Assembly (NCBI GenBank): GCA_039804105.1
Contig: JBDRZU010000002.1
Location: forward strand, 358,117-422,116
Source: a candidate division WOR-3 bacterium
Lineage (GTDB): Bacteria; Hydrothermota; 32-111
Direction: 5' to 3'
DNA: 64,000 nucleotides
The number at the start of each line of letters is the position of its first letter. Position 1 is the stretch's first letter. Made by a program: the position numbers and the translations under genes. Below, piece after piece: positions 1 through 9,569 of this stretch. The notes under the pieces were generated by a model, which did no database searches, had not been told where the DNA came from, and worked only from the letters and a program-made list of their open reading frames with translations.

Positions 1-1
1 C

Positions 2-343
2 AATGCAATAAAAAAACACAACGTTTGTATTGCACAACATGGAATAACCGGAACTCCTTTGAATATAATCGGTCAATTTGCTGATTGTGGAATAAGAAAA
101 GGTAATGTGGGAACAGAATGGCAAAACATAGCACACAGAAATCTTCCACCTGATCTTATGAATAAAATGAAAAATTGGGCTGAAAATAATGGTAAAGATA
201 TAAAATTTGCAACAAAGGAATTCAAAAATGAAATAGATTCTATTCCTTCAGAATATTCACAAAAGATAATGGATGAGGCATATTTAAAAGCAAAAGAGTT
301 CATACTTGCATTTAGAAGTAAAGATAGTGCAAACCTCTTATAA
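2..343 (+). CDS. class II fructose-bisphosphate aldolase family protein, 3' part only (5' end outside window)
   Basis: Frame is open from base 2: NAIKKHNVCIAQHGITG...IRKGNVGTEWQ, matching the class II aldolase HG(x)TG and KxNVxT motifs. Confidence 0.7.
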   Translation, partial: NAIKKHNVCIAQHGITGTPLNIIGQFADCGIRKGNVGTEWQNIAHRNLPPDLMNKMKNWAENNGKDIKFATKEFKNEIDSIPSEYSQKIMDEAYLKAKEFILAFRSKDSANLL

Positions 344-348
344 AAATT

Positions 349-1500
349 ATGAAAACGGTTGATCAGTTATTAGCAGAAGAAAAACAAATACTCGCTCCCT
401 ACGCTGTTCTTTCATCAGAATCTAAAGGGAGAAAGTATGATATCGGACAATCAAGACACCGAACACCTTTTCAAAGAGATAGAGATAGAATCATACATTC
501 TCAGGCATTCAGACGTCTTGAATACAAAACTCAGGTATTTGTCAACCATGAAGGTGATTACTATAGAACAAGGTTAACACATACGATCGAAGTTGCCCAG
601 ATCGCAAAATCGATCGCAAAATCTCTGAGGTTAAATGAGGATCTTGCTGAAGCTATCTCTCTTGCACATGATATAGGGCATACTCCCTTTGGTCATGCTG
701 GTGAAAAAGCGCTACATGAAATAATGGAAGATTTTGGTGGTTTTGAGCACAACTCACAATCTCTAAGAGTTGTTGATTTTCTTGAGGAAAGATATAACGA
801 TTACAGAGGTTTGAATTTAACATGGGAAGTGAGAGAGGGAATAATAAAACATCATACAAGTTATGATAATCCGAATTCGTCACTCCTACAAGAATTTCTA
901 CCAGATAAGACAAGTTCACTTGAAGCACAGATAGTTAATGTTGCCGATGAGATTGCTTACAACAACCATGATATAGACGATGGTCTCGAATCCGAACTCA
1001 TAAGTGTTAAAGATCTTCTCGATATCCAACTTTTTAAAGAATGTTATAACAAGTTTTATAAAAAAATAAAAAATGAAAAGATTCTAAGATACGAAATCGT
1101 AAGGGAACTTATCGGAGAACAGATAAACGATGTTATAACAACATCTCTTGAAAACATCAAAAAAAGAAACATAAAGACATTAGAAGATGTTCGAAATTCT
1201 CCAATACTTATAGATTATTCTGAAGAGATGAAAAAAAAGAACAGAGAGTTAAAGACCTTTCTTTATGAAAATCTTTATAAACACTATAAAGTTCTGAAAA
1301 TGCAACATAAAGCGGAAAGGTATGTGAAAAAGCTCTTTGAAGCGTATATTGAGGATGTTAAGCAACTTCCCCCAAAGTTTGTTGAACAGATAGAAACTGA
1401 AGGAAAGGAAAGAGTTATCTGCGATTACATCGCTGGTATGACCGATAGATATGCACAGGATGAATTTGCAAGATTGTTCCTTCCATATGAAAGAATGTGA
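349..1500 (+). CDS. dgt: deoxyguanosinetriphosphate triphosphohydrolase (dGTPase)
   Basis: FQRDRDRIIHS, RRLEYKTQVF, RTRLTHT, LAHDIGHTPFGHAGE and DYIAGMTD motifs. Confidence 0.95.
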   Translation: MKTVDQLLAEEKQILAPYAVLSSESKGRKYDIGQSRHRTPFQRDRDRIIHSQAFRRLEYKTQVFVNHEGDYYRTRLTHTIEVAQIAKSIAKSLRLNEDLAEAISLAHDIGHTPFGHAGEKALHEIMEDFGGFEHNSQSLRVVDFLEERYNDYRGLNLTWEVREGIIKHHTSYDNPNSSLLQEFLPDKTSSLEAQIVNVADEIAYNNHDIDDGLESELISVKDLLDIQLFKECYNKFYKKIKNEKILRYEIVRELIGEQINDVITTSLENIKKRNIKTLEDVRNSPILIDYSEEMKKKNRELKTFLYENLYKHYKVLKMQHKAERYVKKLFEAYIEDVKQLPPKFVEQIETEGKERVICDYIAGMTDRYAQDEFARLFLPYERM

Positions 1501-1925
1501 TGTTGCGAAAAATTAAAAGTGAAATAAAAAATCTAATTTATTCAAACCTTTCCGCAGACGAAATTGCCAACGGTTTTGCCATCGGTGTATTTATAGGTTT
1601 TTTACCACTCTATGGTTTTCAAACTTTACTTTCACTTTTTGCTGCTTTCCTTTTCAAAAAGGTAAACAAACTTGCCCTCATCATAGCGACACAACTGTTT
1701 CTGCCTCCAGTGATTCCTGTTGTCGTTTTTTTAAACTATCTGATAGGCTCTCTAATACTCTACAAAAAAATTTTTTTTCTAAAAGTAACATCACTTGAAG
1801 ATATAATAGTTTATATAAAACCCATCTTTCTCGGTTCAATATTTGTTGGACTATTTTTTGCCTTTTTATCAAAATATCTTTTAAAATTTGTAATAATCAA
1901 CCTCAGGAGAAAAAATGAAAAATGA
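1497..1925 (+). CDS. DUF2062-family membrane protein
   Basis: IANGFAIGVFIGFLPLYGFQT pattern, about 3 TM helices. Confidence 0.75.
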   Translation: MMLRKIKSEIKNLIYSNLSADEIANGFAIGVFIGFLPLYGFQTLLSLFAAFLFKKVNKLALIIATQLFLPPVIPVVVFLNYLIGSLILYKKIFFLKVTSLEDIIVYIKPIFLGSIFVGLFFAFLSKYLLKFVIINLRRKNEK

Positions 1926-2559
1926 TAACAGAGAGGAAATTTTTAAAATCATTGATCAAGAAAAGAAAAAAGAGAACTATTTAAAAGTTCTATCACTTTA
2001 TGGAGAACTTCTAAAAGAAAATACTTACGATTTTAATCTGTATGGTTCCATGGCAAAAATATATTACCTACTTGAAGATTACGATGCGAGTGTAAGGTTT
2101 AATCTGATCTCTATCCATCTTTCAATACTTGAATCAGAAGATGTATTGCAAACCAATTCAACTGTTGCAAAAGAGATGATTGAAATGATCAAAAATCTAA
2201 AGGGATTAACGGATCACCTTCAAAAAATTGATAAAATTTTAAAAAATCTTATTTTTTGTGAACCAACCGTTACACATCTTGGACATTCCCTTTTAGATTC
2301 TGGAATAGATAATGAATCCAAAAATCTTTACATAAAACTTCTCAAAGGTGAAAAAATCAACTTGAACGAAAAATATAAAAAAAGTGAAATGGAGTTCTAT
2401 TATCCAGTTGGAATTCTTTTCTCAGCTGTTATGATAGAGACCACACTAAAAAAAGAAGAAATCGTTGAATATTATTTATCTTACGATTCATCAGCGATGA
2501 GAACAGTTTATGAAAAGGTTTTAGAACTTTATGAAAATTACAAATTTGATCAAACTTGA
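1915..2559 (+). CDS. hypothetical protein with an N-terminal TPR-like segment
   Basis: 214-aa ORF in operon with an AGGAG SD; YGSMAKIYYLLEDYDAS is TPR-like. Confidence 0.55.
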   Translation: MKNDNREEIFKIIDQEKKKENYLKVLSLYGELLKENTYDFNLYGSMAKIYYLLEDYDASVRFNLISIHLSILESEDVLQTNSTVAKEMIEMIKNLKGLTDHLQKIDKILKNLIFCEPTVTHLGHSLLDSGIDNESKNLYIKLLKGEKINLNEKYKKSEMEFYYPVGILFSAVMIETTLKKEEIVEYYLSYDSSAMRTVYEKVLELYENYKFDQT

Positions 2560-3760
2560 TAAAAGGGAAAAACACACATTTTACCTGCTTTTGATAGGTT
2601 CTATTTTCAATGGAATCTCTCTGGGAGTTTTGCTTTTGCAAGAGTTCATCCTGAGAAAAACATTGTTTGGAAATCTTTTTGAGATAACGATCCTTGTTAT
2701 GATACAACCGGTTTCAAATCTTTTTTCGATCTTTTTTTATTTTTTAAGTAAATATTTTAAAAGAAAAAATGATTTTTTTCTCATCATCGCTTTCTTTGGA
2801 AAACTTATATTACTTTTTATGTTGATCACAAGAAGTTCAATCTTCTTTCTTTTAATAATCTCTGTTTTCTATATTTTCAACACTTTTATGAACCCTCTTT
2901 TTTCAAACATAATGCAGTTGAATTTTTCACCAAAAAACAGAGGCCTTGTTTATGGAATAGTTTCATCGGTATCCGTTCTTTCAACACTCATTGTTTCAAA
3001 CATCTCAGGAAAACTGTTGGATATAAATGATAATCTATACAAACTTTTATTCTCGATTTCAGCAATTTCTGGTTTTCTGTGTTGTTTCTTTTATTCAAGG
3101 ATCAAGATAAAAAAAATAAAACAGAAAAAAATCGAAGAAAAAATTTCTTTTTTACAGCCATTCAAAATAATTCTGAAAATATTGAAAGAAAATAGAGATT
3201 TTACAAAATATGAAATATTTTTTTTCATATATGGCATCGGTTATTTGATAATACTTCCTGCGATACCTGTATATTTCGTTGATGTTTTAAAACTTGATTA
3301 TTCAAAAATCTCATTCATAAGAGGCTTTCTTGGACAGTTGGGCTATATAATATTTTTTCCTTTCGTAGGATTCTTTCTTGATAGAATCAACCTTTTTATT
3401 TATTCATCTTTAACCTTTTTTTTACTTTCTTTCTATCCCCTTTTCCTTCTATTTTCAAGCATATTTCCAAATCCTTTAATTTTTGTATATATATCATTTC
3501 TCTTCTTTTCAATAAGTATGTCAGCTGTTTCTGTTATATGGGATCTATCTTCAATATATTTTGCAAAAGAAAACGATTCTTCACAATTTCAAAATGTTCA
3601 CATCTTTTTAACCGGAATCAGGGGAATGATTATTCCATCTTTAGGGTATCTGATATTAAAATTTTCATCTCCAAAACTATTATTTCTTTTATCAACAACT
3701 TTTTTTATTCTTTCGTCTCTGGGAATGGGTTACCTATTTTATAAATCTAAATCTTCTTGA
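2531..3760 (+). CDS. MFS transporter
   Basis: About 12 TM helices; SPKNRGLVYG and GFFLDRI loop motifs. Confidence 0.8.
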   Translation: MKITNLIKLDKREKHTFYLLLIGSIFNGISLGVLLLQEFILRKTLFGNLFEITILVMIQPVSNLFSIFFYFLSKYFKRKNDFFLIIAFFGKLILLFMLITRSSIFFLLIISVFYIFNTFMNPLFSNIMQLNFSPKNRGLVYGIVSSVSVLSTLIVSNISGKLLDINDNLYKLLFSISAISGFLCCFFYSRIKIKKIKQKKIEEKISFLQPFKIILKILKENRDFTKYEIFFFIYGIGYLIILPAIPVYFVDVLKLDYSKISFIRGFLGQLGYIIFFPFVGFFLDRINLFIYSSLTFFLLSFYPLFLLFSSIFPNPLIFVYISFLFFSISMSAVSVIWDLSSIYFAKENDSSQFQNVHIFLTGIRGMIIPSLGYLILKFSSPKLLFLLSTTFFILSSLGMGYLFYKSKSS

Positions 3761-3784
3761 CTTTTAATAATAAAATAGTATTAT
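3757..3784 (+). promoter_or_regulatory. predicted sigma70 promoter for trpS: TTGACT-N16-TATTAT
   Basis: Motif read directly upstream of the trpS SD. Confidence 0.6.
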
Positions 3785-3802
3785 AAAAAATTAAGGTGCT
3801 TT

Positions 3803-4816
3803 ATGAAAGGGATAATTTTATCAGGTTTTAGGCCAACAGGTAAAGTTCACATAGGAAATTTAAAAGGTGCTCTTGAAAACTGGGTGAATTTGCAGGATGA
3901 ATATACCTGTTTTTTTGAGATTGCCGACTGGCATCTTTTAACAACATCCTATGATGATGTAAATTCCATACAGGAAAACATTTTCCAGATGGTTGTTGAT
4001 TGGCTTGCAGCAGGGATCGATCCAAAAAAATCAACAATCTTTGTTCAATCATCAGTTAAAGAACATTCCGAACTTTATCTACTTTTTTCGATGATAACCC
4101 CATTATCATGGCTATACAGAAACCCAACATTAAAAGAACAGATAAGGGATCTTGAGATGACTTCTGAAAACAATTATGGACTTTTAGGATACCCAGTTTT
4201 ACAGGCAGCTGATATTTTATGTTACAAGGCAACCGCTGTTCCTGTTGGGGAAGATCAACTTCCACATCTTGAACTCACGCGAGAGATCGCAAGAAGGTTT
4301 AACAATCTTTACAAAGAAATCTTTCCTGAACCAAAATCGTTGATCACACAATTTCCAAGGGTTTTAGGGATAGATGGTAAAAAAATGTCAAAATCTTTAA
4401 ACAACGCTATATACATTGCGGATTCTGAAGAAGAGATTAAAAGAAAGGTAAAACTTTCAATTACGGATACTACAAAGATAAGAAAAAATGATCCTGGACA
4501 TCCTGATATCTGTAACATATTCTCCTACCATAAAATTTTTAATCTAACAGAAACAGAACAAATTAAAAACTCATGCGAAAAAGGCGATCTAGGTTGTGTT
4601 GATTGTAAAAATAGTTGTGCTGAAAAGATTATCGAATATTTAAAACCTTTACAGGAAAAAAGAAAAATCTTTGAAAGTGATCCAGATACAATTTATGATA
4701 TATTGGAAAATGGCAGCAAAAAAGCACAAACGATAGCGAAAAAAACTTTAAATGAGGTCAATGAAAGTATGAATTTAATAATAAACAGGAGGTTTTATGA
4801 TAAAACTTCACTATAA
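3803..4816 (+). CDS. trpS: tryptophan--tRNA ligase
   Basis: SGFRPTG-HIGN, YPVLQAADI, VPVGEDQ and KMSKS motifs. Confidence 0.97.
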   Translation: MKGIILSGFRPTGKVHIGNLKGALENWVNLQDEYTCFFEIADWHLLTTSYDDVNSIQENIFQMVVDWLAAGIDPKKSTIFVQSSVKEHSELYLLFSMITPLSWLYRNPTLKEQIRDLEMTSENNYGLLGYPVLQAADILCYKATAVPVGEDQLPHLELTREIARRFNNLYKEIFPEPKSLITQFPRVLGIDGKKMSKSLNNAIYIADSEEEIKRKVKLSITDTTKIRKNDPGHPDICNIFSYHKIFNLTETEQIKNSCEKGDLGCVDCKNSCAEKIIEYLKPLQEKRKIFESDPDTIYDILENGSKKAQTIAKKTLNEVNESMNLIINRRFYDKTSL

Positions 4817-5930
4817 CTACAAAGATCTCTTCAGATGTACAAGATTGGGACTATCGATCAAAAAGATGTTCGTTATGTTGTCAGCGATTTCTCTTGGGGC
4901 TTTAGTCTATACAATTTTTAGTTATCTTGCCTTCATAACAAACGGAACATCTTTCAAAACAATATGGGAAACATATAAATTTATCCCTGTACCGGTAATT
5001 GGTGTAACAACACTTGCATGGTATTCATGGTTAATCTGGATAATCGGAGTTGTTTTGTATTTTATATTTTTCATCTATGCACAAACTGCTGTCACAAAGA
5101 TCACTTTTGAGCAACTTAAAGGAAACGAATTCTATGAGATGAAAGAATCTTTAAAATACGCTTCCAAATTCTGGAAATCTTCTTTTCTCGCTCCCGTAAC
5201 ACTTTTAATACTAATCGTTTTCATGTTCATAGGTGCTTTCATTTTTGGTTTGATCGGAAGGATCCCATATTTCGGACCACTTTTCATAATACTTTTAATA
5301 GTTCCTATAATTTTTGGAGCGGTTTTTACAGTTTATCTGATAATAATTTTCTTTGTTTCACTTTTCATATCACCAGCGGTAGCTGGAACATCAAAATCTG
5401 ATACTTTTGATACACTATTTGAAATATTCTCTCTCGTATGGGATCATCCATGGAGACTTGTGGTTTGGGGCGGCTTAGTTGGTATAATGTCAACACTCGG
5501 GGGAGTGATACTTGGAATAATTTTAAAATATTCATTTGAACTCACAAGATGGGCACTATCCGTTTGGAACAATGGTTCATGGCTTAAAATTTGGTCAAAC
5601 GGTTTTTATTTCCTTCCTCCAGTCCCCGCATACGATTTTGCTGAAAAAATCGCTTCATATACAACACCATTCCTTTTCTCAATACATAACTTTACACCAG
5701 GTAACTGGGCAATAAATCTTTCTTCGTTCCTTTTTGGTATTCTACTTTATATTGCAGGTTTCACAGTAATTTCTTATATACTTGTTTGCTGGACTGCAGG
5801 ATTAACAATAATGTATGTTAACCTTGTAAAAATGAAAGATGATGTTAACCTTCTTGAAGAAAAAGATGAAGAGTTTGACGAAATAGAAGAAGAGGAAAAA
5901 GAGGAAAACAAAGAGGAGAAAAAAGAATAA
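4797..5930 (+). CDS. polytopic membrane protein of unknown function with an acidic tail
   Basis: 377 aa, about 6-7 TM helices, AGGAGG SD. Confidence 0.7.
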   Translation: MIKLHYNYKDLFRCTRLGLSIKKMFVMLSAISLGALVYTIFSYLAFITNGTSFKTIWETYKFIPVPVIGVTTLAWYSWLIWIIGVVLYFIFFIYAQTAVTKITFEQLKGNEFYEMKESLKYASKFWKSSFLAPVTLLILIVFMFIGAFIFGLIGRIPYFGPLFIILLIVPIIFGAVFTVYLIIIFFVSLFISPAVAGTSKSDTFDTLFEIFSLVWDHPWRLVVWGGLVGIMSTLGGVILGIILKYSFELTRWALSVWNNGSWLKIWSNGFYFLPPVPAYDFAEKIASYTTPFLFSIHNFTPGNWAINLSSFLFGILLYIAGFTVISYILVCWTAGLTIMYVNLVKMKDDVNLLEEKDEEFDEIEEEEKEENKEEKKE

Positions 5931-5957
5931 AAGGGAGTTTCTATACTCCCTTTTTTT
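5931..5957 (+). terminator. intrinsic terminator
   Basis: AAGGGAGT-TTCTAT-ACTCCCTT stem followed by a T tract. Confidence 0.75.
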
Positions 5958-5962
5958 AAAAG

Positions 5963-6667
5963 GTGGTGAATATGGGTCTTTTAATCTTTTTAATAATTGT
6001 TGGGGGACTAGGATTTACAGGATGGGCGATCTATACAAATAAAAAAAATGAAACACTTTCTGTTCCAGAAACTTTCAATATAAATAAAAAACCAACAATG
6101 CCTCTTGGAACTGATACTTCTTTCTTTCTCACAAAAACTAAGGAACTTACAAACAAAAAAATTGAAAAGATTGGAGAATTTTCTCTCGATAATTTTCCTT
6201 TTAAAAATTATTATTCAGCATTCTTTTCTCCTGAAAAGAATGTGTTTATAATTCTTGGCCAGAATATACCCGATAATATACAAAAATTGTTCGGTATATC
6301 AGAGAAACCTTTTATGAGTGTTATATCGATTTTTACAGATGGTTCAGATCTTGAAACAACAACAAGGGAAAATAGTGATAAAGAGATCAAAAGTGAATTT
6401 AGAAGGGTTACAAAAATAGAAAATGTCCCTCTCGAACTTATTATAAATAAACATAAAGAAAATGTTGACAAGATAGAGGTCAAAGGGATTCATGAAGTTG
6501 CACTTGTAAAAGAAGATTTCTTCAAGTATTTTGAAAGGGGATTGAGAATAGATTTGGTTCATAAATCAACAAGAGGTTTTGTCACAAAAGCGGATGTGGA
6601 AGAGATCTTAAAAAAACTTGATCTCAAACTTAAGGAAGTCGGTAAAAAGGAAGAAGAACGACCTTAA
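5963..6667 (+). CDS. hypothetical protein with an N-terminal membrane anchor (start may be ATG 5972)
   Basis: 234-aa ORF with one N-terminal TM helix. Confidence 0.65.
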   Translation: MVNMGLLIFLIIVGGLGFTGWAIYTNKKNETLSVPETFNINKKPTMPLGTDTSFFLTKTKELTNKKIEKIGEFSLDNFPFKNYYSAFFSPEKNVFIILGQNIPDNIQKLFGISEKPFMSVISIFTDGSDLETTTRENSDKEIKSEFRRVTKIENVPLELIINKHKENVDKIEVKGIHEVALVKEDFFKYFERGLRIDLVHKSTRGFVTKADVEEILKKLDLKLKEVGKKEEERP

Positions 6668-7019
6668 TTCTCCTCTTTCATCCTTTTCCAGTTGTCAAAC
6701 AATCTTCTGATATGGGGGATTGTAATTGATCCTCCAATTATCAACGCTATATCAACAACTTCAACGAGTTCTTCATCAGTAACATTTTCCTCAAAACATC
6801 TTATAAGATGATAGAGAATACAATCATCACATCTTAAAACGATCGATCCTACAAGCCCCATCAATTCCTTATATTTTGAAGGAATTTTTCCTTCAGAATA
6901 AACTTGAGAATCAAGTGCAAAAAACCTTTTCGTTGATGTTGTTGAAAAATCCATAATTATTTTGTTTAACCTTTCCCTTTCTTTTCTGAACTCTTCAACA
7001 TTTTTTTCTTTTCTTCCAT
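6664..7019 (-). CDS. carboxymuconolactone decarboxylase/AhpD-like protein; the SD-preceded ATG at 7019 is out of frame by one base in an A7 run (in-frame ATG at 6954)
   Basis: KYKELMGLVGSIVLRCDDCILYH (CxxC...H); the conserved-looking N-terminal helix VEEFRKERERLNKII lies upstream of 6954. Confidence 0.75.
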
Positions 7020-7026
7020 AAACACC

Positions 7027-8781
7027 TCATTTTATTTTTTTAAAAGTAAAAGTTCCATTTGGTTGTATAATATCAACATTTAAAATCTTTTTACCTTTTT
7101 CATTGAATCTGACGAAGAAACCTTTAAGTTCTTTAAACTCAAAGTAGTTTTTACTTTTAGGAACTATTTTCATCGATTGCTGGTCTTTTAAATTCAAGGT
7201 TAAAAATTGATCTTTGGTTAACAATATTTTAAGTGTGTCGTTCTCAAATATATATTCTCCTTCAAACCTTTTTAAATAAGAAATTGAAGAAAGATTCTCT
7301 TCTATCACCCTTTCAAATACTATATCATCCGTTAACGGTTCTATCGGAAAATAAAGTTTTGTTATGATACCATTTTTATCTGTTTCAAACGAAATTTTAG
7401 TATCCATCTCAAACATTCCATCAGATTTTGCTGTAAAAACATCATAATGAAAATGTGTTAATTTCATTTCCATTTCATTGAATTTAAGACTAAGTTTATT
7501 TTTTTTATATTCAACTTTTAATTTACCATAACCTTTGTTCTCATAAACTCCAGCATATTCTTTTAAAGGATGCGAAGGTTTTGTTTCCTTTTTTCCATAT
7601 TCATTTTTTTTCGATTTACTCACATTCATATTTTCAAACTCTTTTAACCTATCACTCCATGGTGTGGGATCAAGTCCAAGCATCAATTCTGAAACAAACA
7701 TTTCTACGAGAAAAGGAATATTGCTATTGTTCGAGTTTGTAAGCACAACCACACCAAAAGAATCTTCCGGGAATATTCCCATATATGCTGAAAAACCATC
7801 TATATTTCCCCCATGGAATATATGATATTTCCCTCTATAATATTCGATGAACCAACCCATACCATAGGTCCTAAAACTCCTTTCAGGATAATTTGATCTT
7901 TCAGAAACTATCATTTTTGGAGTTATCATTTTATCTATATAATCTGATGATAATATATCATAGCCCCTTCCCTTATTCAAAATAAAAATCAACCACTTTG
8001 ACATATCGATAGCATTTGAATTTATCGTTCCAGCAGGACCCATAGCTGGAAACTCTCTGAAATTCATTTTAACAATTTTTTTACCATCAAAATAGTATGG
8101 GTAAGCAAAATCATCCTCTTTTCTCATCACTTCTGTTGAAAAATTCGTTTTTTCCATCTTTAAAGGTTTCAAAATTTTTTCTTTAACAAAATTTTCCCAA
8201 CTTTCTCCTGAAACTTTTTCAACAAGATATCCTGCAACAAGATACATATGGTTTTGGTATTGAAATTTTGTTCTTATCGAACAGTTTGGTTTCAAATATT
8301 TCAATCTTCCATATATATCCTCTCTTGAAAAATCTGAACCATACCACATAAAATCATGCCTTGGAAGACCTATTCTGTGAGTTAAAATATCAAGTGGTGT
8401 TGCAACCCTTTCCGATATCTCATCGTAGAGTTGAAAATCTGGTAAATAATCTTTCAAAGGTCTGTCAAAATCTATTTTACCCTCCTGTACAAGCATCGAT
8501 ATCGCTGTTGCTGTAAAAGATTTTGTACACGAACCTATTGCAAAAAGTGTATTCTCCGTTACTTCTTTTTTTTTCTCATAATCTGAATAACCATAACCTT
8601 TTGCATATATCAAAGAGTCCCTGTAAACTATTCCTATCGAAAGCCCTACCCCATTATGAATTGTTAACATTGAATCTATAAAAAGATCTATCTTTTCAAA
8701 TTTTCCGGTAAAATCTTTAGAATAAGAAATCAGAAACAAGATTAGAGTTGATATAAAAATCAAACATTTTAAAAATTTCAT
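7027..8781 (-). CDS. secreted serine hydrolase, beta-lactamase/AmpC-like, with a DUF3471-type C-terminal domain
   Basis: Signal peptide; SCTK (SxxK), LTHRIG, FQYQN (YxN) and HGG motifs; start taken at ATG 8781. Confidence 0.85.
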   Translation of the reverse strand: MKFLKCLIFISTLILFLISYSKDFTGKFEKIDLFIDSMLTIHNGVGLSIGIVYRDSLIYAKGYGYSDYEKKKEVTENTLFAIGSCTKSFTATAISMLVQEGKIDFDRPLKDYLPDFQLYDEISERVATPLDILTHRIGLPRHDFMWYGSDFSREDIYGRLKYLKPNCSIRTKFQYQNHMYLVAGYLVEKVSGESWENFVKEKILKPLKMEKTNFSTEVMRKEDDFAYPYYFDGKKIVKMNFREFPAMGPAGTINSNAIDMSKWLIFILNKGRGYDILSSDYIDKMITPKMIVSERSNYPERSFRTYGMGWFIEYYRGKYHIFHGGNIDGFSAYMGIFPEDSFGVVVLTNSNNSNIPFLVEMFVSELMLGLDPTPWSDRLKEFENMNVSKSKKNEYGKKETKPSHPLKEYAGVYENKGYGKLKVEYKKNKLSLKFNEMEMKLTHFHYDVFTAKSDGMFEMDTKISFETDKNGIITKLYFPIEPLTDDIVFERVIEENLSSISYLKRFEGEYIFENDTLKILLTKDQFLTLNLKDQQSMKIVPKSKNYFEFKELKGFFVRFNEKGKKILNVDIIQPNGTFTFKKIK

Positions 8782-8809
8782 AATCTTGCTCCCCTTGATA
8801 ATTTTATAA

Positions 8810-8837
8810 ATCATAGATTAACAATTTTTAAAGTCAA
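8810..8837 (-). promoter_or_regulatory. predicted promoter TTGACT-N16-TATGAT for the serine hydrolase
   Basis: Motif on the minus strand. Confidence 0.55.
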
Positions 8838-8848
8838 CAAATATTTGG

Positions 8849-8876
8849 TTGAAATTGGTTTTATTTGTTATATAAT
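8849..8876 (+). promoter_or_regulatory. predicted promoter TTGAAA-N16-TATAAT; probably a leaderless phoP mRNA
   Basis: -10 ends 6 nt before ATG 8883; no SD. Confidence 0.6.
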
Positions 8877-8882
8877 TTTTTT

Positions 8883-9569
8883 ATGGAAAGATTCAAAATT
8901 GTGATTCTTGAAGATGAACAGGATATAAACGATCTGATCTCTATCCATTTGAAACAGAACAATTTTGACTTTGTTCAATTTTTTTCTGGAAGAGATTTTC
9001 TAAAATTTTTATCAAACAATAACACTTTCCATTTACTTATACTCGATCTCATGTTACCTGAAATAGATGGAATTGAAATTTTGAAAAGATTAAAAAATGA
9101 TCCCTTATATAAAAACACTCCAGTTATCATTCTTACAGCAAAATCTGAAGAGAGCGATAAACTCGTTGGACTTGAACTTGGAAGTGACGATTATTTAACA
9201 AAACCTTTTTCGGTTAAGGAACTGATAGCAAGAATCAAGATTATACTTAAAAGATATTATTCTGAAAAAGATGAAAATGTTATTCGAATCGGAAAGGATA
9301 TAGTTATAGATATAAACAGAGCTGAATGTCTGTACAAAAATAAACCTATTAATTTAACTTCAACTGAATTTAAAATTTTAACCACACTTGCAAAAAGAAA
9401 AGGTTGGATCTTTTCAAGAGAAAAGATTTTGATGGCGATCTGGGGCAATGATAAAATAGTTACGAAAAGGAGTGTTGATGTTCACATAAAAAGCATCAGG
9501 GACAAAATTGACAAAGAAGGAAAACATATCAAAAACATAAGAGGAATGGGATACAAAATTGAAGATTAA
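8883..9569 (+). CDS. phoP: OmpR/PhoB-family response regulator (PhoP/PhoB-like)
   Basis: REC (ED, LDLMLP, TAK, KPF) plus winged helix (RSVDVHIKSIRDK, IRGMGY); next to a PhoR-like kinase. Confidence 0.8.
   Translation: MERFKIVILEDEQDINDLISIHLKQNNFDFVQFFSGRDFLKFLSNNNTFHLLILDLMLPEIDGIEILKRLKNDPLYKNTPVIILTAKSEESDKLVGLELGSDDYLTKPFSVKELIARIKIILKRYYSEKDENVIRIGKDIVIDINRAECLYKNKPINLTSTEFKILTTLAKRKGWIFSREKILMAIWGNDKIVTKRSVDVHIKSIRDKIDKEGKHIKNIRGMGYKIED

Noticed and set aside
349..1500. dGTPase as an anti-phage defence gene
   Set aside because: Short housekeeping-type Dgt embedded in a core operon, with no defence-island context
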